Positions 1-14,800 of a DNA stretch of 64,000 nt are shown one piece after another. The stretch is from NCBI RefSeq assembly GCF_964355755.1, contig NC_092679.1:23481432-23545431 (forward strand), in the 5' to 3' direction. The translations under genes and the position numbers were made by a program. The stretch is from Antedon mediterranea (lineage: Eukaryota > Animalia > Echinodermata). Position 1 is the first letter of the stretch, and the number at the start of each line of letters is the position of its first letter. Under the pieces are notes generated by a model. That model made no database searches. It had not been told where the DNA came from and saw only the letters and a program-made list of their open reading frames with translations.

Positions 1-3000
1 CTGTCCTGTCACCAAAAGTCACAAGTTAGATAATGCCATAATATATAAAGTACAAGGAATTGTGTGGTATATGGCTCTGTGGTCCAACAGTACTATTCCT
101 GTCCTGTCACCAAAAGTCACAAGTTAGATAATGCCATAATATATAAAGTACAAGGAATTGGGAGGTATATGGCTCTGTGGTCCAACAGTACTATTCCTGT
201 CCTGTCACCAAAAGTCACAAGTTAGATAATGCCATAATATATAAAGTACAAGGAATTGGGAGGTATATGGCTCTGTGGTCCAACAGTACTATTCCTGTCC
301 TTTCACCAAAAGTCACAAGTTAGATAATGCCATAATATATCAAGTACAAGGAATTGGGAGGTATATGGCTCTGTGGTCTAACAGTACTATTCCTGTCCTG
401 TCACCAAAAGTCACAAGTTAGATAATGCCATAATATATAAAGTACAAGGAATTGGGAGGTATATGGCTCTGTAGTCCAACAGTACTATTCCTGTCCTGTC
501 ACCAAAAGTCACAAGTTAGATAATGCCATAATATATCAAGTACAAGGAATTGGGAGGTATATGGCTCTGTGGTCCAACAGTACTATTCCTGTCCTGTCAC
601 CAAAAGTCACAAGTTAGATAATGCCATAATATATAAAGTACAAGGAATTGTTTGGTATATGGCTCTGTGGTCCAACAGTACTATTCCTGTCCTGTCACCA
701 AAAGTCACAAGTTAGATAATGCCATAATATATCAAGTACAAGGAATTGTGTGGTATATGGCTCTGTGGTCCAACAGTACTATTCCTGTCCTGTCACCAAA
801 AGTCACAAGTTAGATAATGCCATAATATATCAAGTACAAGGAATTGTGTGGTATATGGCTCTGTGGTCCAACAGTACTATTCCTGTCCTGTCACCAAAAG
901 TCACAAGTTAGATAATGCCATAATATATAAAGTACAAGGAATTGGGAGGTATATGGCTCTGTGGTCTAACAGTACTATTCCTGTCCTGTCACCAAAAGTC
1001 ACAAGTTAGATAATGCCATAATATATCAAGTACAAGGAATTGGGAGGTATATGGCTCTGTGGTCTAACAGTACTATTCCTGTCCTGTCACCAAAAGTCAC
1101 AAGTTAGATAATGCCATAATATATCAAGTACAAGGAATTGTGTGGTATATGGCTCTGTGGTCCAACAGTACTATTCCTGTCCTGTCACCAAAAGTCACAA
1201 GTTAGATAATGCCATAATATATAAAGTACAAGGAATTGTTTGGTATATGGCTCTGTGGTCCAACAGTACTATTCCTGTCCTGTCACCAAAAGTCACAAGT
1301 TAGATAATGCCATAATATATCAAGTACAAGGAATTGTGTGGTATATGGCTCTGTGGTCCAACAGTACTATTCCTGTCCTGTCACCAAAAGTCACAAGTTA
1401 GATAATGCCATAATATATAAAGTACAAGGAATTGGGAGGTATATGGCTCTGTGGTCCAACAGTACTATTCCTGTCCTGTCACCAAAAGTCACAAGTTAGA
1501 TAATGCCATAATATATAAAGTACAAGGAATTGTGTGGTATATGGCTCTGTGGTCCAACAGTACTATTCCTGTCCTGTCACCAAAAGTCACAAGTTAGATA
1601 ATGCCATAATATATAAAGTACAAGGAATTGTGTGGTATATGGCTCTGTGGTCCAACAGTACTATTCCTGTCCTGTCACCAAAAGTCACAAGTTTGATAAT
1701 GCCATAATATATAAAGTACAAGGAATTGGGAGGTATATGGCTCTGTGGTCTAACAGTACTATTCCTGTCCTGTCACCAAAAGTCACAAGTTAGATAATGC
1801 CATAATATATCAAGTACAAGGAATTGTGTGGTATATGGCTCTGTGGTCCAACAGTACTATTCCTGTCCTGTCACCAAAAGTCACAAGTTAGATAATGCCA
1901 TAATATATAAAGTACAAGGAATTGGGAGGTATATGGCTCTGTGGTCCAACAGTACTATTCCTGTCCTGTCACCAAAAGTCACAAGTTAGATAATGCCATA
2001 ATATATAAAGTACAAGGAATTGTGTGGTATATGGCTCTGTGGTCCAACAGTACTATTCCTGTCCTGTCACCAAAAGTCACAAGTTAGATAATGCCATAAT
2101 ATATCAAGTACAAGGAATTGGGAGGTATATGGCTCTGTGGTCCAACAGTACTATTCCTGTCCTTTCACCAAAAGTCACAAGTTAGATAATGCCATAATAT
2201 ATCAAGTACAAGGAATTGGGAGGTATATGGCTCTGTGGTCCAACAGTACTATTCCTGTCCTGTCACCAAAAGTCACAAGTTAGATAATGCCATAATATAT
2301 AAAGTACAAGGAATTGGGAGGTATATGGCTCTGTGGTCCAACAGTACTATTCCTGTCCTGTCACCAAAAGTCACAAGTTAGATAATGCCATAATATATAA
2401 AGTACAAGGAATTGGGAGGTATATGGCTCTGTGGTCCAACAGTACTATTCCTGTCCTGTCACCAAAAGTCACAAGTTAGATAATGCCATAATATATAAAG
2501 TACAAGGAATTGTGTGGTATATGGCTCTGTGGTCCAACAGTACTATTCCTGTCCTGTCACCAAAAGTCACAAGTTAGATAATGCCATAATATATAAAGTA
2601 CAAGGAATTGGGAGGTATATGGCTCTGTGGTCTAACAGTACTATTCCTGTCCTGTCACCAAAAGTCACAAGTTAGATAATGCCATAATATATAAAGTACA
2701 AGGAATTGGGAGGTATATGGCTCTGTAGTCCAACAGTACTATTCCTGTCCTGTCACCAAAAGTCACAAGTTAGATAATGCCATAATATATCAAGTACAAG
2801 GAATTGGGAGGTATATGGCTCTGTAGTCCAACAGTACTATTCCTGTCCTTTCACCAAAAGTCACAAGTTAGATAATGCCATAATATATAAAGTACAAGGA
2901 ATTGTGTGGTATATGGCTCTGTGGTCCAACAGTACTATTCCTGTCCTGTCACCAAAAGTCACAAGTTAGATAATGCCATAATATATCAAGTACAAGGAAT

Positions 3001-4540
3001 TGTGTGGTATATGGCTCTGTGGTCCAACAGTACTATTCCTGTCCTGTCACCAAAAGTCACAAGTTAGATAATGCCATAATATATCAAGTACAAGGAATTG
3101 GGAGGTATATGGCTCTGTAGTCCAACAGTACTATTCCTGTCCTGTCACCAAAAGTCACAAGTTAGATAATGCCATAATATATAAAGTACAAGGAATTGGG
3201 AGGTATATGGCTCTGTGGTCCAACAGTACTATTCCTGTCCTGTCACCAAAAGTCACAAGTTAGATAATGCCATAATATATAAAGTACAAGGAATTGGGAG
3301 GTATATGGCTCTGTGGTCCAACAGTACTATTCCTGTCCTGTCACCAAAAGTCACAAGTTAGATAATGCCATAATATATCAAGTACAAGGAATTGGGAGGT
3401 ATATGGCTCTGTAGTCCAACAGTACTATTCCTGTCCTGTCACCAAAAGTCACAAGTTAGATAATGCCATAATATATCAAGTACAAGGAATTGGGAGGTAT
3501 ATGGCTCTGTGGTCCAACAGTACTATTCCTGTCCTGTCACCAAAAGTCACAAGTTAGATAATGCCATAATATATCAAGTACAAGGAATTGTGTGGTATAT
3601 GGCTCTGTGGTCCAACAGTACTATTCCTGTCCTGTCACCAAAAGTCACAAGTTAGATAATGCCATAATATATCAAGTACAAGGAATTGGGAGGTATATGG
3701 CTCTGTGGTCCAACAGTACTATTCCTGTCCTGTCACCAAAAGTCACAAGTTAGATAATGCCATAATATATCAAGTACAAGGAATTGGGAGGTATATGGCT
3801 CTGTGGTCCAACAGTACTATTCCTGTCCTGTCACCAAAAGTCACAAGTTAGATAATGCCATAATATATCAAGTACAAGGAATTGTGTGGTATATGGCTCT
3901 GTGGTCCAACAGTACTATTCCTGTCCTGTCACCAAAAGTCACAAGTTAGATAATGCCATAATATATCAAGTACAAGGAATTGGGAGGTATATGGCTCTGT
4001 GGTCCAACAGTACTATTCCTGTCCTGTCACCAAAAGTCACAAGTTAGATAATGCCATAATATATCAAGTACAAGGAATTGTGTGGTATATGGCTCTGTAG
4101 TCCAACAGTACTATTCCTGTCCTGTCACCAAAAGTCACAAGTTAGATAATGCCATAATACAGTATATAAAGTACAAGGAATTGGGAGGTATATGGCTCTG
4201 TGGTCCAACAGTACTATTCCTGTCCTGTCACCAAAAGTCACAAGTTAGATAATGCCATAATATATCAAGTACAAGGAATTGTGTGGTATATGGCTCTGTG
4301 ATCTAACAGTACAATTCCTCTCCTGTCACCAAAAGTCACAAGTTAGATAATGCCATAATATATAAAGTACAAGGAATTGGGAGGTATATGGCTCTGTGGT
4401 CTAACAGTACTATTCCTGTCCTGTCACCAAAAGTCACAAGTTAGATAATGCCATAATATATAAAGTACAAGGAATTGGGAGGTATATGGCTCTGTGGTCT
4501 AACAGTACAATTCCTGTCCTGTCACCAAAAGTCACAAGTT
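1..4540. repeat. 98-bp tandem satellite, about 46 near-identical copies, truncated by the window start
   Basis: The monomer ctgtcctgtcaccaaaagtcacaagttagataatgccataatatat(a/c)aagtacaaggaattg(gga/tgt/ttt)ggtatatggctctgt(g/a)gtc(c/t)aacagtactattc recurs every 98 bp (1, 99, ... 491). There are only a few recurrent variant positions and one 4-bp insertion near 4160. Confidence 0.98.
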
Positions 4541-4643
4541 CTAATCATGCCAGAAAAAAAGTTGATATAACAAAATAATGGTACACTTCTATAATATTTA
4601 TATACTGTATTCATAATATAAAATCATATTTTTAAAAAACTTT

Positions 4644-4713
4644 GGTTCTGTGGTCTAACATCCTAATGCCTGCCTTGGAATCAAGAGGTCACAAGTTCTA
4701 ATCCTTCTACAAC
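4644..4713 (+). mobile_element. Degenerate tRNA-derived (SINE-head-like) element related to the satellite monomer
   Basis: ggttctg-tggtctaaca (A-box-like) ... cctgc-cttggaa-tcaagaggtcacaa-gttctaatc (B-box-like). It is colinear with the last satellite unit (4488-4554). The stems are too degenerate for a functional tRNA. Confidence 0.6.
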
Positions 4714-4897
4714 AATTTATCATCGTACATTTTTTGTCATATTATTATTATTATCAACCAGCTGAGTTTCCACATTCCACCTATATAGTGTCCATACCCA
4801 GCTGAGAAATGATTCCATATTTGAAATTATATAGTCAATTCTATATCATACAGTATCTCGATTTTTTAAGTCTAAATCACATTTTAAAAACATGAAG

Positions 4898-5003
4898 ACC
4901 ATAATTATGTTGATTGAGTAGGATCATTGGAACCATATTATGTTGATTGAGTAGTATCATTGGAACCATATTATGTTGATTGAGTAGGATCATTGGAACC
5001 ATA
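4898..5003. repeat. 33-bp minisatellite, about 3 copies
   Basis: accatattatgttgattgagtaggatcattgga starts at 4898, 4932 and 4965. Confidence 0.9.
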
Positions 5004-6330
5004 GTTTATATCTATTTTTGTATAAGAATACTTTATATTAGCTTGACTATAATATTAACGCCATCACACTCGCACGCCCTCGTGTGTCGTTGTTGCAGTG
5101 CGCCACCTTGCGCCCTATCGAGCGACCTCGTGGTCGCCGTTATATGTGTTAGTTGGTTCTAGTAGGCTTAGTGTCGATTGATATTATTTTGGTTTATTAA
5201 AAGTCTTCATATCTACGTGAAAGTGATTAGTCTTTATTGCCGTAATACATCTCTCTTGCATTATAACTTTTAGATGTAAACATCCATTGCTTTTATTTTC
5301 TTTAGGGCAAGTAACATCACTGAAACACCATAAAGATGACGTCAAGTCTGTGAAAAAGGACATGGAATGCGGACTGTCTTTCAAGGAAAATATAGAGTGT
5401 GTTAATGGAGATGTGATTATATGCTATGAAGTATCTCATATACCCCAGAAAATTAACTGGGAATTAGGATTCTGATGAATTAATAAATTTGTTATAAGAT
5501 GCAAACAGTGGAAAGAGTCTCAGTTTATTACCATGTTTTATCATTACATTCTTGTCATTAATTTACAAACGTTACAAAGGAAATTCCAAGTAAAATTGTT
5601 TCAGGAAAGTGAGGCCATATTTATCTAAATGGTTTCTCTGCAAATATTCATTATTTTGTGAGCGCAGCAAGCAACATCAGGCCTGGTTGGCATGGGGAGT
5701 CATCGGCCAATATGAGTGCAAAAATGGACATTTTAGTTGACAATGCAGGATTTGGAAAGCTGGTTTAAAAAAGAGGGAGGTTGTGCGAGTTATTTGTCAC
5801 AGGTCACTAATTCAAAACACATAATGTCACTTATTCAAAACACATTTACAGTATATGCAATGTTGTTTTGTACTATCATTTCTTTCTTATCTCGTGATGT
5901 CATCAGTTGTTAACATCAGTAATGTATTAGAGAATTGGATTCTGTATTTGTTTGGCAATAAAATATGGTGACAACAGCAAGGTTGCCTGTGCATCTGATA
6001 AAGTGTTCAATTCTATCAACATGGTTTTCTTTGCATTAGACACCTGATTAACCATGCCAGGAATAACTTATGCTAACAGTATCATCATGCTACATGCCAA
6101 TAGCATCACCCCAAAATTAGTAGGTACATTACATAAATGAGCAAGTATAATTTTTTTTAAATAACTTATTGGTAATAGGACAACAAAAACATTTAGGTTA
6201 TGTTATGCCGATTCAATTACACACAGTACACTTTTACAAATAATAGACAAAGGCTTTTTTTGTGTAGTCCTTTTTTTTTTAATCGATAATCAATTCAATT
6301 TACACATCTTCACAAAGATAAAGGGAGATT

Positions 6331-8328
<1,998 letters not shown>

Positions 8329-8459
8329 TTTCGTGGATTGGTTTGCACCTAAAAATAACAAATAGTTTTTAATATATTTATATGATCACAATTTTATTAT
8401 AATTACATTTATTTTAGCCCAAATTTCAGAGAGAAATTATAGTCAATTTTGTTACTCAC

Positions 8460-8489
8460 CCGTCGGTGGCCGCGGTGTGTGCGAAAAGG
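8460..8489 (-). promoter_or_regulatory. RPS27A non-coding exon 1 with 5'-TOP/TCT-type start
   Basis: The minus strand reads CCTTTTCGCACACACCGCGGCCACCGACGG|gtgagt. A pyrimidine tract starting with C is typical of ribosomal-protein transcription starts. The donor is at 8459. Confidence 0.75.
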
Positions 8490-8814
8490 CCGAGCCTCGG
8501 CATTGAAGTTTATATTTTTCTACAAATTGATTTAAAATTATAGAGATTAAAAAATACTTTTATTGATCAAAAAAGTTAAATACAATTTTTTAGTTTTTGT
8601 TGTGGTAAATAATTTATTTAAACGTATAAAATTAGTATTTATATTTAATTACTAATAAAGCTCTGTAGGTCGCAGGTTAAATATATGTGAATATCCGAAA
8701 ACTAACGAGTCTTTCCGAATCAAACATAAGCTAGGCCAGAAAATCTGTTGGTAGACACCCGCGGAAAAGCAAAATTCCTCCGGGACCGGACCGGGACTAA
8801 CATTTGTTATTGAC
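8490..8814. promoter_or_regulatory. Putative bidirectional promoter RPS27A / TTC7
   Basis: Only about 325 bp separate the RPS27A TOP start (minus) from the TTC7 ATG (plus). Both ends are locally CpG-rich. Confidence 0.65.
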
Positions 8815-11800
8815 ATGGCTACGTCGAAGAAAGCAGCGGCTCGTCTGGAGAGTGAAATTGAAAAGAGTAGGGCAGAATGTAACTGGGAAAAGATTTTAGA
8901 TATATCAAGGCAAGCAAAAACTAAGTCACCGAATTTGGGTATGCAAAATTTAAATTTTTTTTTCTTGTTAAAAAGCGAAAATAGAAAAGGGAGGTGCTAG
9001 CCCCGACTGACTCAGTGTGACTGAGCGTAGCAGCCACCTATGGGCGATGCAGCCCTGAGGTTGGGACTGGTAGTCTAAGCCATAGCCTATGGATTCCTAG
9101 GCCTACCTCATTTTTGACTTACAAGACAGAAGGTGCCATCATAACGAGCCCGTATATTATTAAAGAAGGAAAAAATAAATATTATTAAATCATAAATGAT
9201 TAATTAATAAATTATTTTTATTTATTATATTTTAATGAATTTTGAGAATAATATTATTAAAATATTAATTAATATTATATCTTAATAATAATGTGTAATC
9301 ATAATGTAATGATTTAGTAGTAGGCCTGGCTAGGCTATACTAGCCCGGGATATGACCGGTTGGGCCGCCGACAAGTTGAGCCGCCGGTGATTTCTATGAA
9401 ACGCCCAGTGCATGCGTCTTTTACGACATTTCGCGTAGTGATTAGGATGGTGTCCTAGTACATAAGTTCATGGTCTTGGTTTATTGTGTCATGAAAATAA
9501 ATAATATATAATTACATAGGCCTATTACAATTAACACAGCAAAGGAAAGTAGTAATATTTAATAATTTAATTGTTTTTAATCTTTCGAGGAAAAAATTCA
9601 GTGCACTCATAATTTTTCTCGCGTGTAGGCCTACCACGTAAAGTAAAGCCTAGTTCATATTACTGCCGACTGAGTGAGGGGCAACATGTTTACGTCATTT
9701 TTGGCTAAAAATGATCACTTTCGGTGATGTTTTATATTTTGGAATCTACAAGCCAGATTTTCATAATTATTTCTTTAATTATAATATTTAATAATATACA
9801 GTATATACTAAAAACCATGATATATAAACGTTTGAATGTAGGCCTACATCGTTATCCCTAACATAAATTGAACGAGCACCGGCGAAAGTTAGCATTTGGC
9901 GTTCCATAGAAAATAACGTTTTTCTGGCGGCGGCTCAACTTGTCGGCGGCTCAACTTGGCCTAATCCACTAGCCCTACCTAGTAGTATTTTAAAACTATT
10001 TAGCCTATTTTAACCTTTTAGATTTTTATAATTTGTGCTTTTTGTAATTTTTCTTTTAACATTTTATTGATATTTGTCTACCATAACCAAATAGTGGATA
10101 ATGTTTTATAGAATTTTATTGAACATTCTTGCTCTGCTACTGCTGACTTCATCTTCTTGATCTTTTGACAATTTTTAAAATAATTTTTTTGTTTTTCAAA
10201 AAATAGAAATACTTGTAAATGTTGCCTTGGGAGAGGCAGAACTGGAAACATTCCTCTTAAAATATCCTCCAAAGACAAAGGACCATGTTGGTAAAGCCAA
10301 GAGGGAGCTACGATCAGCCAAGCAACATTTGCAAAATGCTGTTAAAGGAACAAATAAAGATAAGGTATCATCATTTTGTATATTCTCTTGCATACAGTAA
10401 AAAACAACACCACTGTATAGTAAAGATATAATAACTGAATTTAACATACAACAACACTAATTATGGACAACCCTTATTAAGGAGAAACTTTGTTGAGTCT
10501 CTTTAATAGGGTTCTAACTGTATATCATCACATTAAAAATAACAATAACTAAAATGTTTCAATGTTACTGATATATTCATTTTTATTATGTAGCATTATT
10601 TGCACAAGGAAGCACAGTTGCTGATGGCAAAGTACCATTTTGCTTGTGGTGATTACAAGGACGCTCTCAATGTATATGACGCTATGGATTTAGACTCGCT
10701 AGATGTCCAGGACACTTCCAACAGGATGCTTCGGATGATGGCAGAGGCATTTGGTCTAAAGGGTAAGGGTTCTATAACTGCTAATTAATTTATGTACAGA
10801 TTGTACAGGAACCGTTAGATAGGTTTATTGTATTAAATTCAAGTTTATATTACACTGTTCACCCATTAGATCAATGTTTAATTGGTAGGTGATTTACAGT
10901 TTACTGGAACAGCATACTGGACTCTCTGACAAGCGGAAACTGTAAAAAAAACATATTTTTTCTGAGGTTTAAAAGGTCCTAAATTTGTAAACGCATACAT
11001 AATATTGATCCTTCTATATATAATACAGTAGGAATTTGTAGCCATCTTTAAAGGGAAGATAGGTAGATAAAACGAGTGATAATTGAACTATTATAAACTT
11101 TAGTGAAATTGTTTAACATCAAATTTCTTAACTCTTAATAGAGATACTTATTCTCCAAGTTATTTGTATTTGTAGAGCTTGTGGAATCTGTTTAAGGGTA
11201 TTTGAAACTGGCTGATTTTTTACAAAACAAAAACACTATCTTTTGAACTGATGATTTTGTTTACAGGTATCTGTATAGAAAGATCAATGGGAGAAGGAAA
11301 AGAAAAAACTTCAGATGAGGAGAACCAGATTATATGGTATTATGAGAAGGGTGGAGATCTAGCTCTCCACTATCTGCAAGAGCTTGAGAAGCCTGGCAGT
11401 GTTTGTGGTAGTAGTATTGGTATGGGTCCAGTCTTGGAAACAGTAGTGCAGAGAGCACCTATACTTCATCTATCCAATGGGTAAGTATATTCTTGGTATA
11501 TTATTCTGTAAGAGAATACATCTAAGTTCAGAATTGGTTTAATGGTAAAACTCCATCGGGACCCAACAAAGTTCCTTCTTGTTGTGTGTGTTGGCCTAGA
11601 ATAAAAACATATATTATGTTGCCCTTTGTTTGTTTCAGATGAAATTAATAGAGTTTTTCCCTTGAATAGGGGTGTTCTAAAGGAGTGATTCTACTTGTAC
11701 TTGTGTGTTGATGAATGATAATGAACTTTTTTCAGTGATAAGAATCGAGGAATTAGTCGTTTCCGACAGATCTTGAAAGCTGTCGAAGCTCGTAGTTCCC

Positions 11801-14800
11801 AGGAAATCCGGGTCACGCTGGCGCGTGAGCTGGTTGAAGTACTTCTACGTGGTATCTGTGACAGAAACTACTTTGCCCCGGTTGTTGAGAATGAGAGCGG
11901 AACAGTGAGTCGTTTCATGACGTTACCCTCAGCTCATCCTGGAATGCGCCATTCGTTGTCAAGACAATCTCTAAAACCGAAAATGTACAGTACTGACAGG
12001 TGTGTATATTATATAAATCATGTGAGATACTGTGAATTATTTGGATCTATATCTACTTTTGTATTGAGAAACCAACCATGTTCTATAAGTGTACTGTAAG
12101 GACTTTTTGAAATTAGACAGCGTCGTACGACAAGGCCCGACTCTTCTTGTTGGGGAAAAATCATACATGTTTAAATTTCTCGCGACGACCTAAAAATTAC
12201 ACCAACACAATATCAATGGTAAGGTTTCCCTTTCTGCAGTCTTGGTAACACTAAATACTAACAAAAAGTGTGATTGCGGCTTATTCTATAAAGTACTTTT
12301 TATGCAAATTAATCCTTCTTTTAAAATTCAAGAAAATAAAACTAGAGTTGATGGTTGCATACCAGATTAGCAATAAATATTATAACAATATAATAGATTC
12401 TTGTCATTTAGTTTGTGGGTCACATAATAATTGAAATAACTGCACTGTAGCACACTGATGGAATATAAAATATTCAATGGAGTACTGGTGGATATTATTA
12501 TTTGTATAATAGCGTGATGGAGAATCTATTATTTTACTAACAATATTTCTTTTGGTATGTCTTAACTGTAGTAACATATACTTTTGTATGGTACTGTAAT
12601 GATCATGTGATTTCAATCGTTTTGTTTTATTTAGTCGACCAAGCCACTGCCCGATGGAACTGTAAGTTTGTTTAAAATCCAATGGTGTTGAACGTTTACC
12701 AGCAAACCACCATCACACATCCCTGAATGAAAAACAATACCTTTAACCTATAAATTTAGCATTAAAAACCTTTTTTTAGTTTGTTTTGACTAATTTCTCA
12801 CTACTTTTGTTGTTTTTTTTTATAGTTTTATTTCTTTATAATTGTTTATATTGTTACTGGTGATAGTGAAAACTGCATGTTTTAATTTAGTTTTGTTTGT
12901 GATTTTATTTATGTAGTTGATAACTTTAGTATAGCATAAAGTGTGTAGCCTGTTTTTAACCTGTTTTCTCCTTTACTTGGCACCAATGCTTGTACACAAT
13001 GACTTGTTAGGAGGCATGGTTTAAATTATAGCCACAAGTGACCTAGAGTACATGTACTGTAAAGTACATAGGTATATCCTAAGATAAAGTTGAGGTATAT
13101 TGCAACATGTAACCAAGGCAATCTAACAAGAAGATGCTGAGCTCAAGAATTTAAAGTGTTTATCATCTGTGGCTGCCCTTAACAGAGAATATGTACATAG
13201 AACAGTACTGTTGGTATTTGTCGCTGCTAGAAATAAAATCAAGTTCCTATCTTGGCAAGGAGAGCTCAGTGTCCTGTTGTTAGATTGCCGTGATGTAACT
13301 GTCTCCAGATCACTGACGATTCAAATTTTAACCATATCTCAATAAACCCCAGTTGTTTTTTTATTTTCTTATAAATATTTTTTGAATCATACAAAATATT
13401 TAATTTTCAGCTAGAGAGTGTATTCCTTAAAGCTACATTCATACTTGTTCCGTTTCACAGAACGGAAGAGGCCGAAAATTGAACAGTGTCATCCTACTTT
13501 CTATGAATGTAGCTTTACCCTTGTATTTAATCTTACCCGCATTGTCAATTTTATCTCTCCTCTTACACCTTGTCGACTGTATATCTGTTTTCTGCTAATA
13601 AGGTATAAGGTATATCATGTTCCTAATAATATTGTTAAAATGTTCTCCTAATTGCAATACTGTATTTTTTATTGTTTTCTAATCTGTATTGATAATATTC
13701 CTATTTACAACCCATTAACATTTATTCTAAGGTAAGGTACTAGGAGAACTACTTAGTATTAGTTAGAATGGCATGATATCTGAGGTAAGGTACTAGGAGA
13801 ACTACTTAGTGTTGTTAGAATGGCATGATATCTGAGGTAAGGTACTAGGAGAACTACTTAGTATTAGTTAGAATGGCATGATATCTGAGGTAAGGTACTA
13901 GGAGAACTACTTAGTATTGTTAGAATGGCATGATATCTGAGGTAAGGTACTAGGAGAACTACTTAGTATTAGTTAGAATGGCATGATATCTGAGGTAAGG
14001 TACTAGGAGAACTACTTAGTATTAGTTAGAATGGCATGATATCTGAGGTAAGGTACTAGGAGAACTACTTAGTATTGTTAGAATGGCATGATATCTGAGG
14101 TAAGGTACTAGGAGAACTACTTAGTATTGTTAGAGTGGCATGATATCTGAGGTAAGGTACTAGGAGAACTACTTAGTATTGTTAGAATGGCATGATATCT
14201 GAGGTAAGGTACTAGGAGAACTACTTAGTATTGTTAGAATGGCATGATATCTGAGGTAAGGTACTAGGAGAACTACTTAGTATTGTTAGAATGGCATGAT
14301 ATCTGAGGTAAGGTACTAGGAGAACTACTTAGTATTGTTAGAATGGCATGATATCTGATAGAATGTTTAGAACTGTGCTGTTGAATAGTATTTTATGTAC
14401 ATGGATTGATTAATTAATTGATAACTATTAATATAATTAATAACTATAATTAATAACTTTGCAAATTTTTCCACAGCAGTCTTTATTCTAATTTATACAA
14501 TATTTAATAAATCAAACAAAGATACAACAGATTTTATCTATTGACAGCTTAAAACTAATGTTGATGAAAGATGCAATTCTCAATTAGATTGATCATCACA
14601 AACACACAAATAAAACACACTTAACTCTCAATCTAGACTCAATCTTAGCTTGGTCTTGTGACATTCTAAAACAGTCATCAGTAGTAGTTCTAGTAGTTGG
14701 AAATACTGTATGCCGAATCCGATACCAAACAACAACAACAAAAATTGTTCGGGACATTGAGTTGCTTAGTTAATTTACAAGTACATATTCTTAGTACAGT

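Noticed and set aside
1-4540. CRISPR array or tandem functional tRNA-Asp gene cluster
   Set aside because: There are no unique spacers and no cas genes, and the context is eukaryotic. Monomers lack paired D, anticodon and T stems and a proper B-box, so they are not functional tRNAs.
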